Of a stretch of 64,000 nt of DNA, positions 33,777-43,723 are shown piece after piece. Location of the stretch: positions 1,152,001 through 1,216,000 of the forward strand of contig CBDFJR010000005.1 of NCBI GenBank assembly GCA_965248535.1. The letters are read 5' to 3'. A program made the position numbers and the translations under genes. Every line of letters starts with the position of its first letter. Position 1 is the stretch's first letter. The stretch comes from Phormidesmis sp. (GTDB lineage Bacteria; Cyanobacteriota; Cyanobacteriia; Leptolyngbyales; Leptolyngbyaceae). A model generated the notes under the pieces. It had not been told where the DNA came from, made no database searches, and was given only the letters and a program-made list of their open reading frames with translations.

Positions 33777-34328
33777 CTAAGCGCGAGGATAAAGCCAGCC
33801 ATAAAAAACGCGCGTCAGTCGCGGCATGACCCAGTAGGTGAGCAACACAACCGAAATGCTGATCAGCACCAAAGACTGCAACCAGGTTGGCAAATTGACG
33901 AGAAAGCGTGAAAAGAAATAGCCCACAATCAGCGAGACGAGGTAGACCGCGATCGCGGTCAAAATCGCCATCTTATAACGGGCCGGAGGCGCTTGAGCAG
34001 GTCTTCCGGGCAGGGTAAACCAGGCTTCTAGCCCCTGCAAAACCTGCACTTTTTCCGATCCTTGAATCAGGGGTTTAGCCCGATCGAGCCAATATTTACG
34101 AACGTCAGATTCGATCCATGTTTTGAGATTTTTATAGTGATCAAATCTGAGAATGATTACATATTCAGGATAGGTGTGGTCATGCGGTTGAATAATGTTG
34201 ACTCCAGCGTGTCCTTCAAATTGATGAGCGGCAACTGTGATGTCTTTTTGCCATTGTTCGTAAGCGGCTTCGCATCCAGGTTTCACTACTTGAGAAATGA
34301 TGGCAGTGACAGGCAAATTTTCATCCAT
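33777..34328 (-). CDS. Antibiotic biosynthesis monooxygenase (ABM)-like domain protein with C-terminal TMs
   Basis: VKPGCEAAYEQW, GLEAWFTLP, PPARYKMAI, TYWVMPRLT. Confidence 0.8.
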   Translation of the reverse strand: MDENLPVTAIISQVVKPGCEAAYEQWQKDITVAAHQFEGHAGVNIIQPHDHTYPEYVIILRFDHYKNLKTWIESDVRKYWLDRAKPLIQGSEKVQVLQGLEAWFTLPGRPAQAPPARYKMAILTAIAVYLVSLIVGYFFSRFLVNLPTWLQSLVLISISVVLLTYWVMPRLTRVFYGWLYPRA

Positions 34329-34467
34329 AGCTCAGGGTGCAACGTCTTGAGGCGGGCGATCGCTAAAATTTTATTAGAGTTCATATTCTCATAGAATAGT
34401 CGCGGACTTTAGCGATTCAACATTTTGGTATCCGGTGCTGTTCCCAACTGTTGGCTACACTTTGGAA

Positions 34468-34779
34468 CTACAGCGCATCCGCCCGATGAATTGACTCGAT
34501 CAGTTCCTCAACCTCTTCGTCGCTAGGGCATTGTTGCACTTGAGATCTAAACCACTCCAATTCTTCCAATTCTGTGTCTTGCACCTGATATACCAGCAAG
34601 GCCCCTGCCACCCGCGCTAGAGTGAGTGGTTCATACGAGATGTGACTGAGCAGATTCTGAGCATCTCGACATAGCCGTTCTGCGGCAACCTCATCGAGCT
34701 GTTTTCCCATCTGCAAGGCGATTTCCTGCAAGCTTTGCTGAATCGATCGCTGAAGATCTGGTGGAAGAGATTGGTTCAT
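34468..34779 (-). CDS. Hypothetical protein
   Basis: Clean 103-aa acidic helical ORF. Confidence 0.7.
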   Translation of the reverse strand: MNQSLPPDLQRSIQQSLQEIALQMGKQLDEVAAERLCRDAQNLLSHISYEPLTLARVAGALLVYQVQDTELEELEWFRSQVQQCPSDEEVEELIESIHRADAL

Positions 34780-34920
34780 AGTCTTAGCGTAAAGGATACA
34801 AACGCTTCAAGATTTATCCTCAAGAAGATTTGTAGCGCAGCTTAGATTCTACGTCAGCATTTTCAGCTTGACAACAATCTCTTTTCCTGTAGAGTAGTAC
34901 AAACACTCTATAAAGCAGTT

Positions 34921-35574
34921 ATGACTCCAAAGCAGCAGCGTTTAATCGATTGGCTTGCAAATCACCTGCGCCAGTTTGGGTACAGTCCGGTAATTCGAGA
35001 AATTGCGGCGGGCTTAGACTACACTTCTCCTGCTCCCGTTCAGTCGCTGGTTAGAATTCTGATTAGAAAAGGCGTTCTGGCTCAAGTTGAGCGGGCATCT
35101 CGAACGATTCGATTTACTGAAGAATGGCTGCGAGAGAATGGCGAAAAGTATGGAATTGCTGTTCCTGGGTTTCGGCTTCCGATCGTCGGCACGATCGCGG
35201 CTCACAGTTTAGTTGAAACGTTCTCAGATGATGCCGTTGAATGGCTAGATTTTCCCGGACGCAAACCTTTGGGAAGTGACTATTGGTTTGTGTTGCGAGT
35301 TTGGGGAGACAGTATGGTGGGTGCCTTGATCGATCACAACGATCTAATTGTCATGAAATCAGAACCAAACCTTGATGCAGTCAAAAATGGTGCAATTGTT
35401 GCGGCGAGAGTGGGAACACAAACCACACTCAAATATTTCCATCGACAGGGCACTAAAGTTGTTCTACAACCTGCAAACTCTGCCTATGATCCTACGTCTG
35501 TTGAGGCTGATCAAGTTGACATTCAGGGTGTGTATGTGGGGTTAGTGCGGAAATTATGGGAGGACAGACTATGA
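34921..35574 (+). CDS. lexA: LexA-family repressor, divergent paralogue
   Basis: wHTH SPVIREIA...SPAPVQS...RTIR; S24 domain LRVWGDSMVGALI and TTLKYF. Confidence 0.88.
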   Translation: MTPKQQRLIDWLANHLRQFGYSPVIREIAAGLDYTSPAPVQSLVRILIRKGVLAQVERASRTIRFTEEWLRENGEKYGIAVPGFRLPIVGTIAAHSLVETFSDDAVEWLDFPGRKPLGSDYWFVLRVWGDSMVGALIDHNDLIVMKSEPNLDAVKNGAIVAARVGTQTTLKYFHRQGTKVVLQPANSAYDPTSVEADQVDIQGVYVGLVRKLWEDRL

Positions 35575-35936
35575 CTTACAGGGCTTGCAATGTTGATGTG
35601 TATCTATCTGACGAAGAAGCTGAAGACGATCGTGAAGAATGGGACTGCACAGACTATGAAAACTGGCTTACTGACCACTACTCTGAGTTAGCAGATCTCT
35701 ATCAGCAGGTGTCAGATGACGAAGAGACTTTCCGGCACGATCGTCTTGTTAAAGACTATGAGTTTCAGGCACGAGGCGGCTTTTTGCCCAAAGATACAGT
35801 AATGGCAGAAGTAGAGCCAGGATGCTGGTCGCGAAGTACCGTTCTTTTAGTGGGTGTGGCGATGTTAGTTGTAGCGGTGGAGCGATCGGACTCCATCCAA
35901 GCAGTAACCAAAATGAATTCTTCATGGATGGATTAG
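35571..35936 (+). CDS. Acidic hypothetical protein translationally coupled to the lexA-like gene
   Basis: ATGA start/stop overlap at 35571-35574 with GGAGG upstream. Confidence 0.65.
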   Translation: MTYRACNVDVYLSDEEAEDDREEWDCTDYENWLTDHYSELADLYQQVSDDEETFRHDRLVKDYEFQARGGFLPKDTVMAEVEPGCWSRSTVLLVGVAMLVVAVERSDSIQAVTKMNSSWMD

Positions 35937-35991
35937 GTGATTCAACCCGATTAGAGTAATCGTCTAGAGCTATCTTTTAATCATCACATCG

Positions 35992-36393
35992 CTATTGCTT
36001 TTTAGTAGCAATGGCGATTTTTACACCATTGATTTTGCGAATCTGATCCATTGCTGAAACCACAAATCGATGCTCTACTTTCTCATCTGCGTGAATCACG
36101 ACGACTAGTTGCTGATTTGCCTGCACTAGCGATCGCACTCCGGTTTCTAGCTGACTTAACTGAATTGATTGCTTATTGAGCGCAAGTTGTCCATCGGGTT
36201 TAATCGTGACAGCAATTTTTGTTTGCTGCTGTGGCTTGGCAGTTGTGGCTTGCGGAAGATTTACGGGTAGACCTTCCGATCGGGTCAAAAACAGCGTAGA
36301 CATAATGAAGAACGTCAAAATCGAAAACACTACATCCAGCATCGGAATAATGTTTAGCTCTAACGAAGATTCGGGTTCTTGGGGCACACGCAT
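35992..36393 (-). CDS. exbD: Biopolymer transporter ExbD
   Basis: LNIIPMLDVVFSILTFFIMS, LPVNLPQA, VVIHADEKV. Confidence 0.92.
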   Translation of the reverse strand: MRVPQEPESSLELNIIPMLDVVFSILTFFIMSTLFLTRSEGLPVNLPQATTAKPQQQTKIAVTIKPDGQLALNKQSIQLSQLETGVRSLVQANQQLVVVIHADEKVEHRFVVSAMDQIRKINGVKIAIATKKQ

Positions 36394-36424
36394 TGCTTTT
36401 TCCTCAACTCACTCAGCTTAAAAC

Positions 36425-37120
36425 TTATTCTCTAGCAGCCAATTGACGAATCGCATCTGACAACTCAGACATGATCATCGATTGCGGACTGCCTCGATCG
36501 TATTGACGACGATAAACTAACTCCATCTGTCCGCCATACTCTTGAATCAGCGCCATCTGGCGGCTGTAGATATTTCTAAAGGTGGTTGCAAACACTAGAC
36601 AAGTCGCAGCCACCACTAAGCCGACTGCTGTTGTAATCAGTGCTTCGCTGATTCCTGAAGACACGCCTGCCGTTTTCGTTCCACCAATATCGCCAATATT
36701 TAGAGAACCAAACGCCGCAATCAACCCGCTAATGGTTCCGATCAACCCCAGCATGGGTGCTAACCCAACGACCAGTTCTAAAAGCCCACTGAATCGCTTC
36801 ATCGTCGGGATTTCCGCTTGCAGTTCGCTTTCCATTGCTAAACGAAACTCTTCTGGAGTTGGGCTGTCTAGCTCTAGTGCGGCCGCAAAAATTCGCGCCA
36901 TTGGCAAATCAATATTGCGCTTAATTTTTTCTGGTACGAGTTCAGGCTGATGTTGATAAAGTTTGACTAGCTCCTTCGCAAAGAGCGGGTGTTGCCGAGC
37001 AACGCGCAGCCAAAACCGAATTCGTTCAGCAATGCAAGTGGTGGCGGCAACCATGAGTAAAAGGGTGATGCCAACGAGAATTTGACCTGTGATTGGCATC
37101 CGAGAAAAAACTTCAAACAT
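36425..37120 (-). CDS. exbB: MotA/TolQ/ExbB proton channel
   Basis: APMLGLIGTISG, GISEALITTAVGLVVA. Confidence 0.92.
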   Translation of the reverse strand: MFEVFSRMPITGQILVGITLLLMVAATTCIAERIRFWLRVARQHPLFAKELVKLYQHQPELVPEKIKRNIDLPMARIFAAALELDSPTPEEFRLAMESELQAEIPTMKRFSGLLELVVGLAPMLGLIGTISGLIAAFGSLNIGDIGGTKTAGVSSGISEALITTAVGLVVAATCLVFATTFRNIYSRQMALIQEYGGQMELVYRRQYDRGSPQSMIMSELSDAIRQLAARE

Positions 37121-37213
37121 GAATACGCTCCAAAAATCTTCTCAAACCCGAAAGGTTTGCCATATCTGCTCTACAAATCTTAAATCTTGCTACACTGACC
37201 TAATTGCAGCGGT

Positions 37214-37229
37214 AATGAATCATATCATT
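37214..37229. promoter_or_regulatory. Possible Fur/Zur-type operator between divergent exbB and tonB
   Basis: AATGA-ATCATA-TCATT inverted repeat in an AT-rich intergenic region; imperfect match only. Confidence 0.3.
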
Positions 37230-37248
37230 TAGTAGTTTTCAATAAATT

Positions 37249-38687
37249 ATGAGTTTGTCTAAAACTGCGACTGAGCAACGAGAAAAGGAGGTTGCCCTGC
37301 TGAGACGGTTCATGCGCCTTGGTGTTTTAGGTGCGATCGTCTTTAATTTGTTGGTTGCTCTCGTGATCGGAGCCTTTTGGCACCCACCGCGCCCAGTGGC
37401 AGAGACAGAAGATGAGATTGAAATTGTTGCTGAAGATCAGCCCACAACAGCAGCGCCGATCGCAGAAGCCGATCAAGATGCAGGAGGCGGTGGTGGCGGA
37501 GCGGCTCAGTTCTCACTGTTTAACCCAAATCCTGGCAGGGTTGCAAGCGGTCAGATCGTTGTACCTGATCCGGTTCTTCGGAGTTTGGTAGAGCCGCTCT
37601 CCGCTCCAATTCAAGAACCAGAAACTGCTGATCCAGTGCTGGCTCTGACCCCTACGCCAACTCCTTCAGTCAATCCATCTCCAAAGGCTTCCACTGCGCC
37701 TGCTCCAAGCTCAGTAGTAGGTTCGAAAGGACAACCAGACCAAAACAGTCAGAACAACCCCAGTCGAACAAACGGAAATTCTGGACAGAATAAACCAGGA
37801 ACAAGCCTTGGAAGTGGGAACGGACAGGGGAACGGCAGCGGCAGCGGTCAAGGCAATGGAATCGGCAATGGTAAAGGAAATGGTGTTGGCAATGGTCAAG
37901 GTAATGGCACTGGAAACGGTCATGGTAACGGTCAGCAAGCGAAGAAGCCGACTGAATCTTCTCCAGCTAAGTCTTCAGAAGCGGTTGCAGTTCGACAAGC
38001 CCCACCTCGTGAAGACACAGACCAGCCGAGCGCAGAACGCAAGAAACCGAAATGTAAGGACAACTGCACTTTAGGTGAATATCTGGGTGCAGAAGGCTCG
38101 GCACGATTTGATTTTGATGTTGATAAAGATGGCAATCCGATCAATGTTCGATTGAGGGCATCGAGTGGCAATGCTGAGGTCGATCGCAAAGCCGAAGAAG
38201 CGATTCGTCGCCGCCGATATGAAGCTTCAGAAACCGGATTTCAGGGACAACGAATTCGGGTGACTTCTGAACAGGAAGGATCAGACTTTCAGCGTCAGAG
38301 CCACGATCGTCGTCGTGAGGAAGCCGCACAGCAAGCCGAGAGGGACGCGCAACGAGCCGCAGAAGAGCGCAGAGAAGCCGAGCGTCTACAACGAGAAGCC
38401 GAGCAGAGAAAACCGTCTGCTTCAGCAGTAGAACCCATTAAACCTGCTGACCCTGTTCCCTCTGCTGCGCCTACCCCAGTAGAATCTCCGCCTGTTGCCC
38501 CTACCCCAGTAGAGCCTCTCCGCCTCCGCCTCCTGCACCAGTAGAATCTCCGCCTCCTGCACCAGTAGAACCTCCGCCTCCTGCACCAGTAGAACCTCCG
38601 CCTCCTGCACCAGTAGAACCTCCGCCGCTAGTGGCTCCACCTGCCGCCGCACCTTCGCCTGCTTCACCTGCTCCTACTCAGCCCTAG
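37249..38687 (+). CDS. tonB: TonB-family energy transducer, apparent frameshift near 38515 in the Pro-rich tail
   Basis: N-terminal TM, Pro- and GNG-rich linker, TonB_C-like EGSARFDFDVDKDGNPINVRLRASSGNAEVDRKA; VEPPPPAP 24-bp repeats run to TAG at 38687. Confidence 0.8.
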
Positions 38688-38852
38688 TGGGTTGGGACTC
38701 TGTATCTCAAGCTTTGGTGTAGTCAATAACGATCGTTGAAATAAAACTACGACAGTCTGTCTTTTGACATTAATATTTTTCTGCGGTAGGTTTTCGCTAA
38801 TAGACACAGAAGAGTGTTCTATCTTAATGTTGAATTCAGTCTGTGGTGCGGG

Positions 38853-41357
38853 ATGGCTAAGTTATTTTTGGCTCTGGGTACGCTCGGTTCAGTTTGTCTT
38901 TGTCTTGTGGAATCTGCGATCGCGCAGAGTGCTGATTTAGTAAAATCTTCAGCCAATAATCTATCGATATCTGTTCCTTATCTTAAGGACTTTGATCGTC
39001 CTTATACTGATGTCAAAACCTGGTTAGCGCAGACTAATCCGGTTCAGATTGTTCGAGTTCAAGTCAAGTCTTCAGATCAAGGATTAGAACTTCGTTTAGA
39101 AACAGCAACTGGGCAAAGTTTTCAGCCTCGATTCGTGCGTCAGGGAAATGCGATCGTGGCTGAACTTGAAAACGCTGTTCTAGCGCTTCCAGAAGAGCAG
39201 AGCTTTCAAGCGAGTCAGCCGATTTCGGGGATCGCTCAAGTTAGCGTTCGGCAAAAAACACCAACCACCGTTCAGATTCAAATTACTGGAACCCAGGATG
39301 CGCCCACTGCAACGATCATGCCTGGAAAATCTGGGTTAGTTTTAGCCGTCACACCTGTAGAGCCTGAAGAAGAAGTAGTGGTGACAGCACAAAAGCGCCC
39401 TGAGCCGCAGCGAGATGTACCCATTAGCTTAACAACGCTCACCAGGCAGCAAATTGAGGATGCCGATGTTAGATCCGTCAGACGTGTAGCAGCCCAGACT
39501 CCAAACTTTTTTACGAGCACGGGCGATCGCGGTGCCAATTTCCAGACAATTCGCGGATTGGGTAACAGTAACTACCTGGTTAGAGATGCGATTAGCTTCT
39601 ATCTGGATGATGTTCCTTATGAGAACATTCACCAGTTCTTACCGGGTGAGTTGTTTGATCTAGAGCGCGTCGAAGTGTTGCGCGGACCTCAAGGCACACT
39701 TTATGGGCGCAGCAGTCAAGCAGGCGTGATCAACGCTATCAGCCGCCCGCCGTCCAATACTCCTGAGTTTCGGGTAGGGGCAGGCTATGGAAACTTTGCT
39801 CAACGTCAGGTATCTTTGTCGTTGAGTGATGCCGTGATCAAAGATACACTCAGATTCCGGCTTTCTGGCTCCTACAATGCACGGGATGGATTTACCAAGA
39901 ATACATTGCTCGGTGGGGATGCGAATCCACAAAGCTCATTGTTTGGACGTGCCAATATCCTCTGGACTCCCTCCAAAGACTGGACGATTTCTTTTAATGC
40001 GAATGGAGGACGCAACGACGATGGAGACAACACCTTTGTCCCAATTACTCAGCGCGATCGCTTTCAAAGCGCCAGCAATATTCCCGGTTCGTTAAATGTT
40101 TCTATCAACACTCAGTCGCTCAAAATTGCCCATGAAGGGTCTGGGGTAAACGTTACCTCAATTACGGCTCGCAATCAGACTAGTCTGAGCTACACAGCAG
40201 ATGCCGATTACACGCCAGACGATCTATTTCGCGGTCGCGGGAATATTTTTTCCACCATTTGGAGTCAAGAGATTCGAGTCCAATCGCCCCAGACTGCAAA
40301 GCAGTTCCGCTGGCTACTAGGAGGGTACTATCAATCGCGATCGTTTGATTTGCTGCTTTCGACTGACTATACGCCGTTGGTTGAACCCTTGGGCTTTCCA
40401 GTGGGGACAGATCGCACCGATGCTCGATTTGATCAGCGCACCTACGCCGTTTTTGGGCAGATCGAAGTTCAGCCTCTAGAAGCGCTGACTCTTACAGCAG
40501 GCTTACGGTATGAAACCTCTCGAGACAACCTGAACCGTAGCAGTTCGTTTACCGATCCGATTCTGGGTGAAACTCCAACCGGATTGCCACTCGATAACTC
40601 TGTGACCGATGGCAGTATTCTATTGCCAAAATTTGCCCTACAGTATCGTCTCAGTCCTGCGGTGATGGTCTATAGCAGTGTTTCACGGGGCTATAAACCG
40701 GGCACTCAAAACTATGCTTCCAACGATCCAACTACGCTGCTGGTGCGTCCAGAAAAGCTGTGGAGCTATGAGGTGGGGCTGAAATCCGCCTGGTTAAACA
40801 ATCGCCTAACTGCGAATTTGGCAACCTTTTGGAGCAATGTAGATGACTACCAGATTCTTTTAACCGATGGAACAGGGCTGTCAACGCTGATTGCCAATGG
40901 CGGTGTCAAGACCAGTGGAATAGAGTTAGAACTCAACGCCAAACTGCTGAAAGGATTGGATCTAATTGCGGGATTTGGCTATACCAATGCTCGTTTCACG
41001 CGCTACACCAATCCGTTTTCAGGACAGAATTTCAACGGAAACAAGCTCACCTATGCACCTGAATTCACCTTCAATTTGGGAGCGCAATACCGTAGTCCTG
41101 GCGGCTTTTTTAGCAGAGTGGACTTTCAGGGAATCGGTACTTACTTCTTTAATGACTCCAATACGCTAAAGCAAGATCCCTTGACGCTGGTGAATGCCCG
41201 GATTGGCTATGAGTGGAGAAGCGGAGGCATTTATTTTTTCGCTAACAATTTGTTCGATAAAGAGTATATCACCACTGCCTTTACTGGATTTTTTGCTGAT
41301 TTAGCGTCTTACGGCGATCGCCGCACCTTTGGCGTTCAGGTGCGATCGACGTTCTAA
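38853..41357 (+). CDS. TonB-dependent outer membrane receptor with N-terminal AMIN-like domain
   Basis: EEVVVTAQKR TonB box, DLERVEVLRGPQGTLYG plug motif, C-terminal Phe. GTG 38814 is an alternative start. Confidence 0.93.
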   Translation: MAKLFLALGTLGSVCLCLVESAIAQSADLVKSSANNLSISVPYLKDFDRPYTDVKTWLAQTNPVQIVRVQVKSSDQGLELRLETATGQSFQPRFVRQGNAIVAELENAVLALPEEQSFQASQPISGIAQVSVRQKTPTTVQIQITGTQDAPTATIMPGKSGLVLAVTPVEPEEEVVVTAQKRPEPQRDVPISLTTLTRQQIEDADVRSVRRVAAQTPNFFTSTGDRGANFQTIRGLGNSNYLVRDAISFYLDDVPYENIHQFLPGELFDLERVEVLRGPQGTLYGRSSQAGVINAISRPPSNTPEFRVGAGYGNFAQRQVSLSLSDAVIKDTLRFRLSGSYNARDGFTKNTLLGGDANPQSSLFGRANILWTPSKDWTISFNANGGRNDDGDNTFVPITQRDRFQSASNIPGSLNVSINTQSLKIAHEGSGVNVTSITARNQTSLSYTADADYTPDDLFRGRGNIFSTIWSQEIRVQSPQTAKQFRWLLGGYYQSRSFDLLLSTDYTPLVEPLGFPVGTDRTDARFDQRTYAVFGQIEVQPLEALTLTAGLRYETSRDNLNRSSSFTDPILGETPTGLPLDNSVTDGSILLPKFALQYRLSPAVMVYSSVSRGYKPGTQNYASNDPTTLLVRPEKLWSYEVGLKSAWLNNRLTANLATFWSNVDDYQILLTDGTGLSTLIANGGVKTSGIELELNAKLLKGLDLIAGFGYTNARFTRYTNPFSGQNFNGNKLTYAPEFTFNLGAQYRSPGGFFSRVDFQGIGTYFFNDSNTLKQDPLTLVNARIGYEWRSGGIYFFANNLFDKEYITTAFTGFFADLASYGDRRTFGVQVRSTF

Positions 41358-41491
41358 GAAAAGACAGCGGATGAGATATTTCAAGCAGCACCCGTAGCAG
41401 AGATTGTTCGCGTCGTTTGTTCCTGTCTGGCGATCGGCGATTGTTTGAGTTTCAGGTTCAAGCTACTTTTTAGACAGCAACCGTTTAGAGG

Positions 41492-42403
41492 ATGTCAAAA
41501 TCGATGCAACTCACCAAGCCAGTCTCAACTCTAGCAGCGAGTGTTTCTCTACTAACCGCAGTCATGGGAGCGCTCCCTGCAACTGCCGAAACTCAACCTG
41601 TGATCATCCAGTTTGCCGCTAAAGTGGGTAAACAGCCCTTTGCTTGTGGTTCAAACTATCGGCTCGGCAAACCTGCTACAAGCCAAACGCTCTCTGACTT
41701 TCGATTTTATGTGTCGGAGGTCGCGCTGATTGATGACAAAGGTAAAGCCGTTCCCCTAACGCTCGAACAAGATGGCAAGTGGCAATACCAGAACGTGGCG
41801 CTACTAGACTTTGAGAATAAGACCGGAGCCTGCGCGAATGGAACAACAGAGATGCACGATCGCATTGTCGGCACCATTCCCAAAGGCAACTACACCGGGC
41901 TGAAATTTACCCTCGGAGTTCCACCTCGACTAAACCACGAAGATTCTACCCTAGCTCCCTCGCCGCTCAATCTGACCGGACTGTGGTGGAACTGGCAGTT
42001 TGGCTACAAGTTTGCTCGCATCGATCTACAGAGTCCGACAATGGCTTTGATAGATAGTCGTCAAAAGCATCAGGGACATGGCGACGAAGCCTCTAGCGGT
42101 TTTCCGATTCATCTAGGCAGCGTGGGCTGTCAGGGCGGAGCAATCAGCGAGAAACCCACCCGCTGTACTTTCCCAAATCGAGCCACGATCGTACTAACTC
42201 GTTTCAATCCAGCCAAAAATCTGGTCGTGGCTGACTTAGCGCAATTAACTGCGACCACGAATTTGAACCAGAATCAATCCAAAACCGCGCCTGGCTGTAT
42301 GTCTGAACGAGACGATCGTGACTGCGACGGCATTATGGCAGCGCTTGGGCTACCCTTAAGAAACAAACCCGCGGTCACCCAATCTTTCTTTCGTGTCGAG
42401 TAA
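41492..42403 (+). CDS. mbnP: MbnP family metal-binding protein (metallo-mystery pair Cys-motif protein)
   Basis: Signal peptide, DFRFYVSEV, WQYQNVALLDFE, FTLGVP, PLNLTGLWWNWQFGYKF (WxW), HLGSVGC, GCMS. Confidence 0.88.
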   Translation: MSKSMQLTKPVSTLAASVSLLTAVMGALPATAETQPVIIQFAAKVGKQPFACGSNYRLGKPATSQTLSDFRFYVSEVALIDDKGKAVPLTLEQDGKWQYQNVALLDFENKTGACANGTTEMHDRIVGTIPKGNYTGLKFTLGVPPRLNHEDSTLAPSPLNLTGLWWNWQFGYKFARIDLQSPTMALIDSRQKHQGHGDEASSGFPIHLGSVGCQGGAISEKPTRCTFPNRATIVLTRFNPAKNLVVADLAQLTATTNLNQNQSKTAPGCMSERDDRDCDGIMAALGLPLRNKPAVTQSFFRVE

Positions 42404-43565
42404 AAGACTACAGCAAAGCCGAATTGCGCGAACCATCCTGTTGGCGTTCGCATTCTTGTGTGCGATCGCATTCAGTCAGGCACTTGCAACCCCCAACCCC
42501 ACGCTGTCCTACGAATGGAATCTGCCTGCCGGATTGCCAAAGCCGATCGTGCCAGTCGATAACCCAATGACGACTGACAAAGTGGAGCTGGGGCGGCACT
42601 TGTTTTATGAAAAGCGCCTCTCAATCACCGGAACGCATTCTTGTGCCTCTTGCCATGAGCAAAAACGCGCCTTCACGGATGCTCAACCTGTCGGCATTGG
42701 CGCAACCGGAGAGAAGCATCCCCGCAACTCAATGAGCCTTGCCAACATTGCCTACAACTCAGTGCTGACCTGGGCAAATCCTCTGATGACGCGGCTCGAA
42801 ACTCAGGCGTTGGTTCCGATGTTTGGTGAACATCCGATCGAGCTAGGAATGGTGGGCAAAGAAGAGCAGATTCTTTCGATGCTGCGCCAAGATCCCGCTT
42901 ATCGAAAGCGGTTTGCTGCGGCGTTTGGAAGTGACGATCGTGCCATTAGTCTGAGTAATCTTACGAAAGCACTGGCATCGTTTGAGCGCAGTTTGATCTC
43001 GTTTAACTCGCCCTACGATCGCTATCGATTTGGCAGTGACAAACGCGCCATCTCTGAGTCGGCTAAACGGGGAGAACGCTTGTTTAACAGCGAACGTCTA
43101 GAGTGCTTTCACTGTCACGGTGGACTCAATTTTTCAGATTCGATCAAGCATGAGCGACTGGCGTTCACTGAGATTGCCTTTCACAACACCGGACTCTACA
43201 ACATCGACGGCAAAGGGGCTTTCCCAGCCAACAATACTGGAGTCTACGAAATCACTCGACAGCCTTCTGATATGGGTCGATTCAAAGCTCCCACCCTGCG
43301 CAATATTGCGCTTACGGCTCCTTATATGCATGATGGCAGTATTACTACGCTAGAAGAGGTGATTGAGCATTACCGGGTGGGTGGACGAACCCTGAATCAT
43401 GGAGAAAATGCAGGAGTCGGGCGTGAAAATCCGTTCAAAAGCCACTTCATTTCTGGATTTGAACTCACTGAGACAGAAAAACAAGATCTGCTGGCGTTCT
43501 TGCATAGTTTGACGGATGAATCATTGATCCACAATCCAGCCTTGAGCGATCCCAATCGAAGTTAA
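42393..43565 (+). CDS. mbnH: MbnH family di-heme enzyme (cytochrome c peroxidase/MauG-like)
   Basis: CASCH and CFHCH heme motifs, KVELGRHLFYE, FKAPTLRNIALTAPYMHDGS; overlaps mbnP. Confidence 0.9.
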   Translation: MSSKRLQQSRIARTILLAFAFLCAIAFSQALATPNPTLSYEWNLPAGLPKPIVPVDNPMTTDKVELGRHLFYEKRLSITGTHSCASCHEQKRAFTDAQPVGIGATGEKHPRNSMSLANIAYNSVLTWANPLMTRLETQALVPMFGEHPIELGMVGKEEQILSMLRQDPAYRKRFAAAFGSDDRAISLSNLTKALASFERSLISFNSPYDRYRFGSDKRAISESAKRGERLFNSERLECFHCHGGLNFSDSIKHERLAFTEIAFHNTGLYNIDGKGAFPANNTGVYEITRQPSDMGRFKAPTLRNIALTAPYMHDGSITTLEEVIEHYRVGGRTLNHGENAGVGRENPFKSHFISGFELTETEKQDLLAFLHSLTDESLIHNPALSDPNRS

Positions 43566-43723
43566 TTTTCTCGCTTGTGTTGAGAGTGCGTGGTGTTGGC
43601 GTTTGCGTATTTGTTAGCTCGATCGAGAGCCATGAGACTGCCTGTTGCTATGAGCATTACCTCACTTGGATCGCCATTATTTATCCTAAATCGATCGTCA
43701 GGATTTCTACTCATCCCAATCTT

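Noticed and set aside
34893..34910. Cyanobacterial LexA box upstream of the lexA-like gene
   Set aside because: Only the AGTAC half-site is present.
38470..38630. 24-bp tandem repeats, considered as a CRISPR array
   Set aside because: There are no spacers; they encode the VEPPPPAP tail of TonB.
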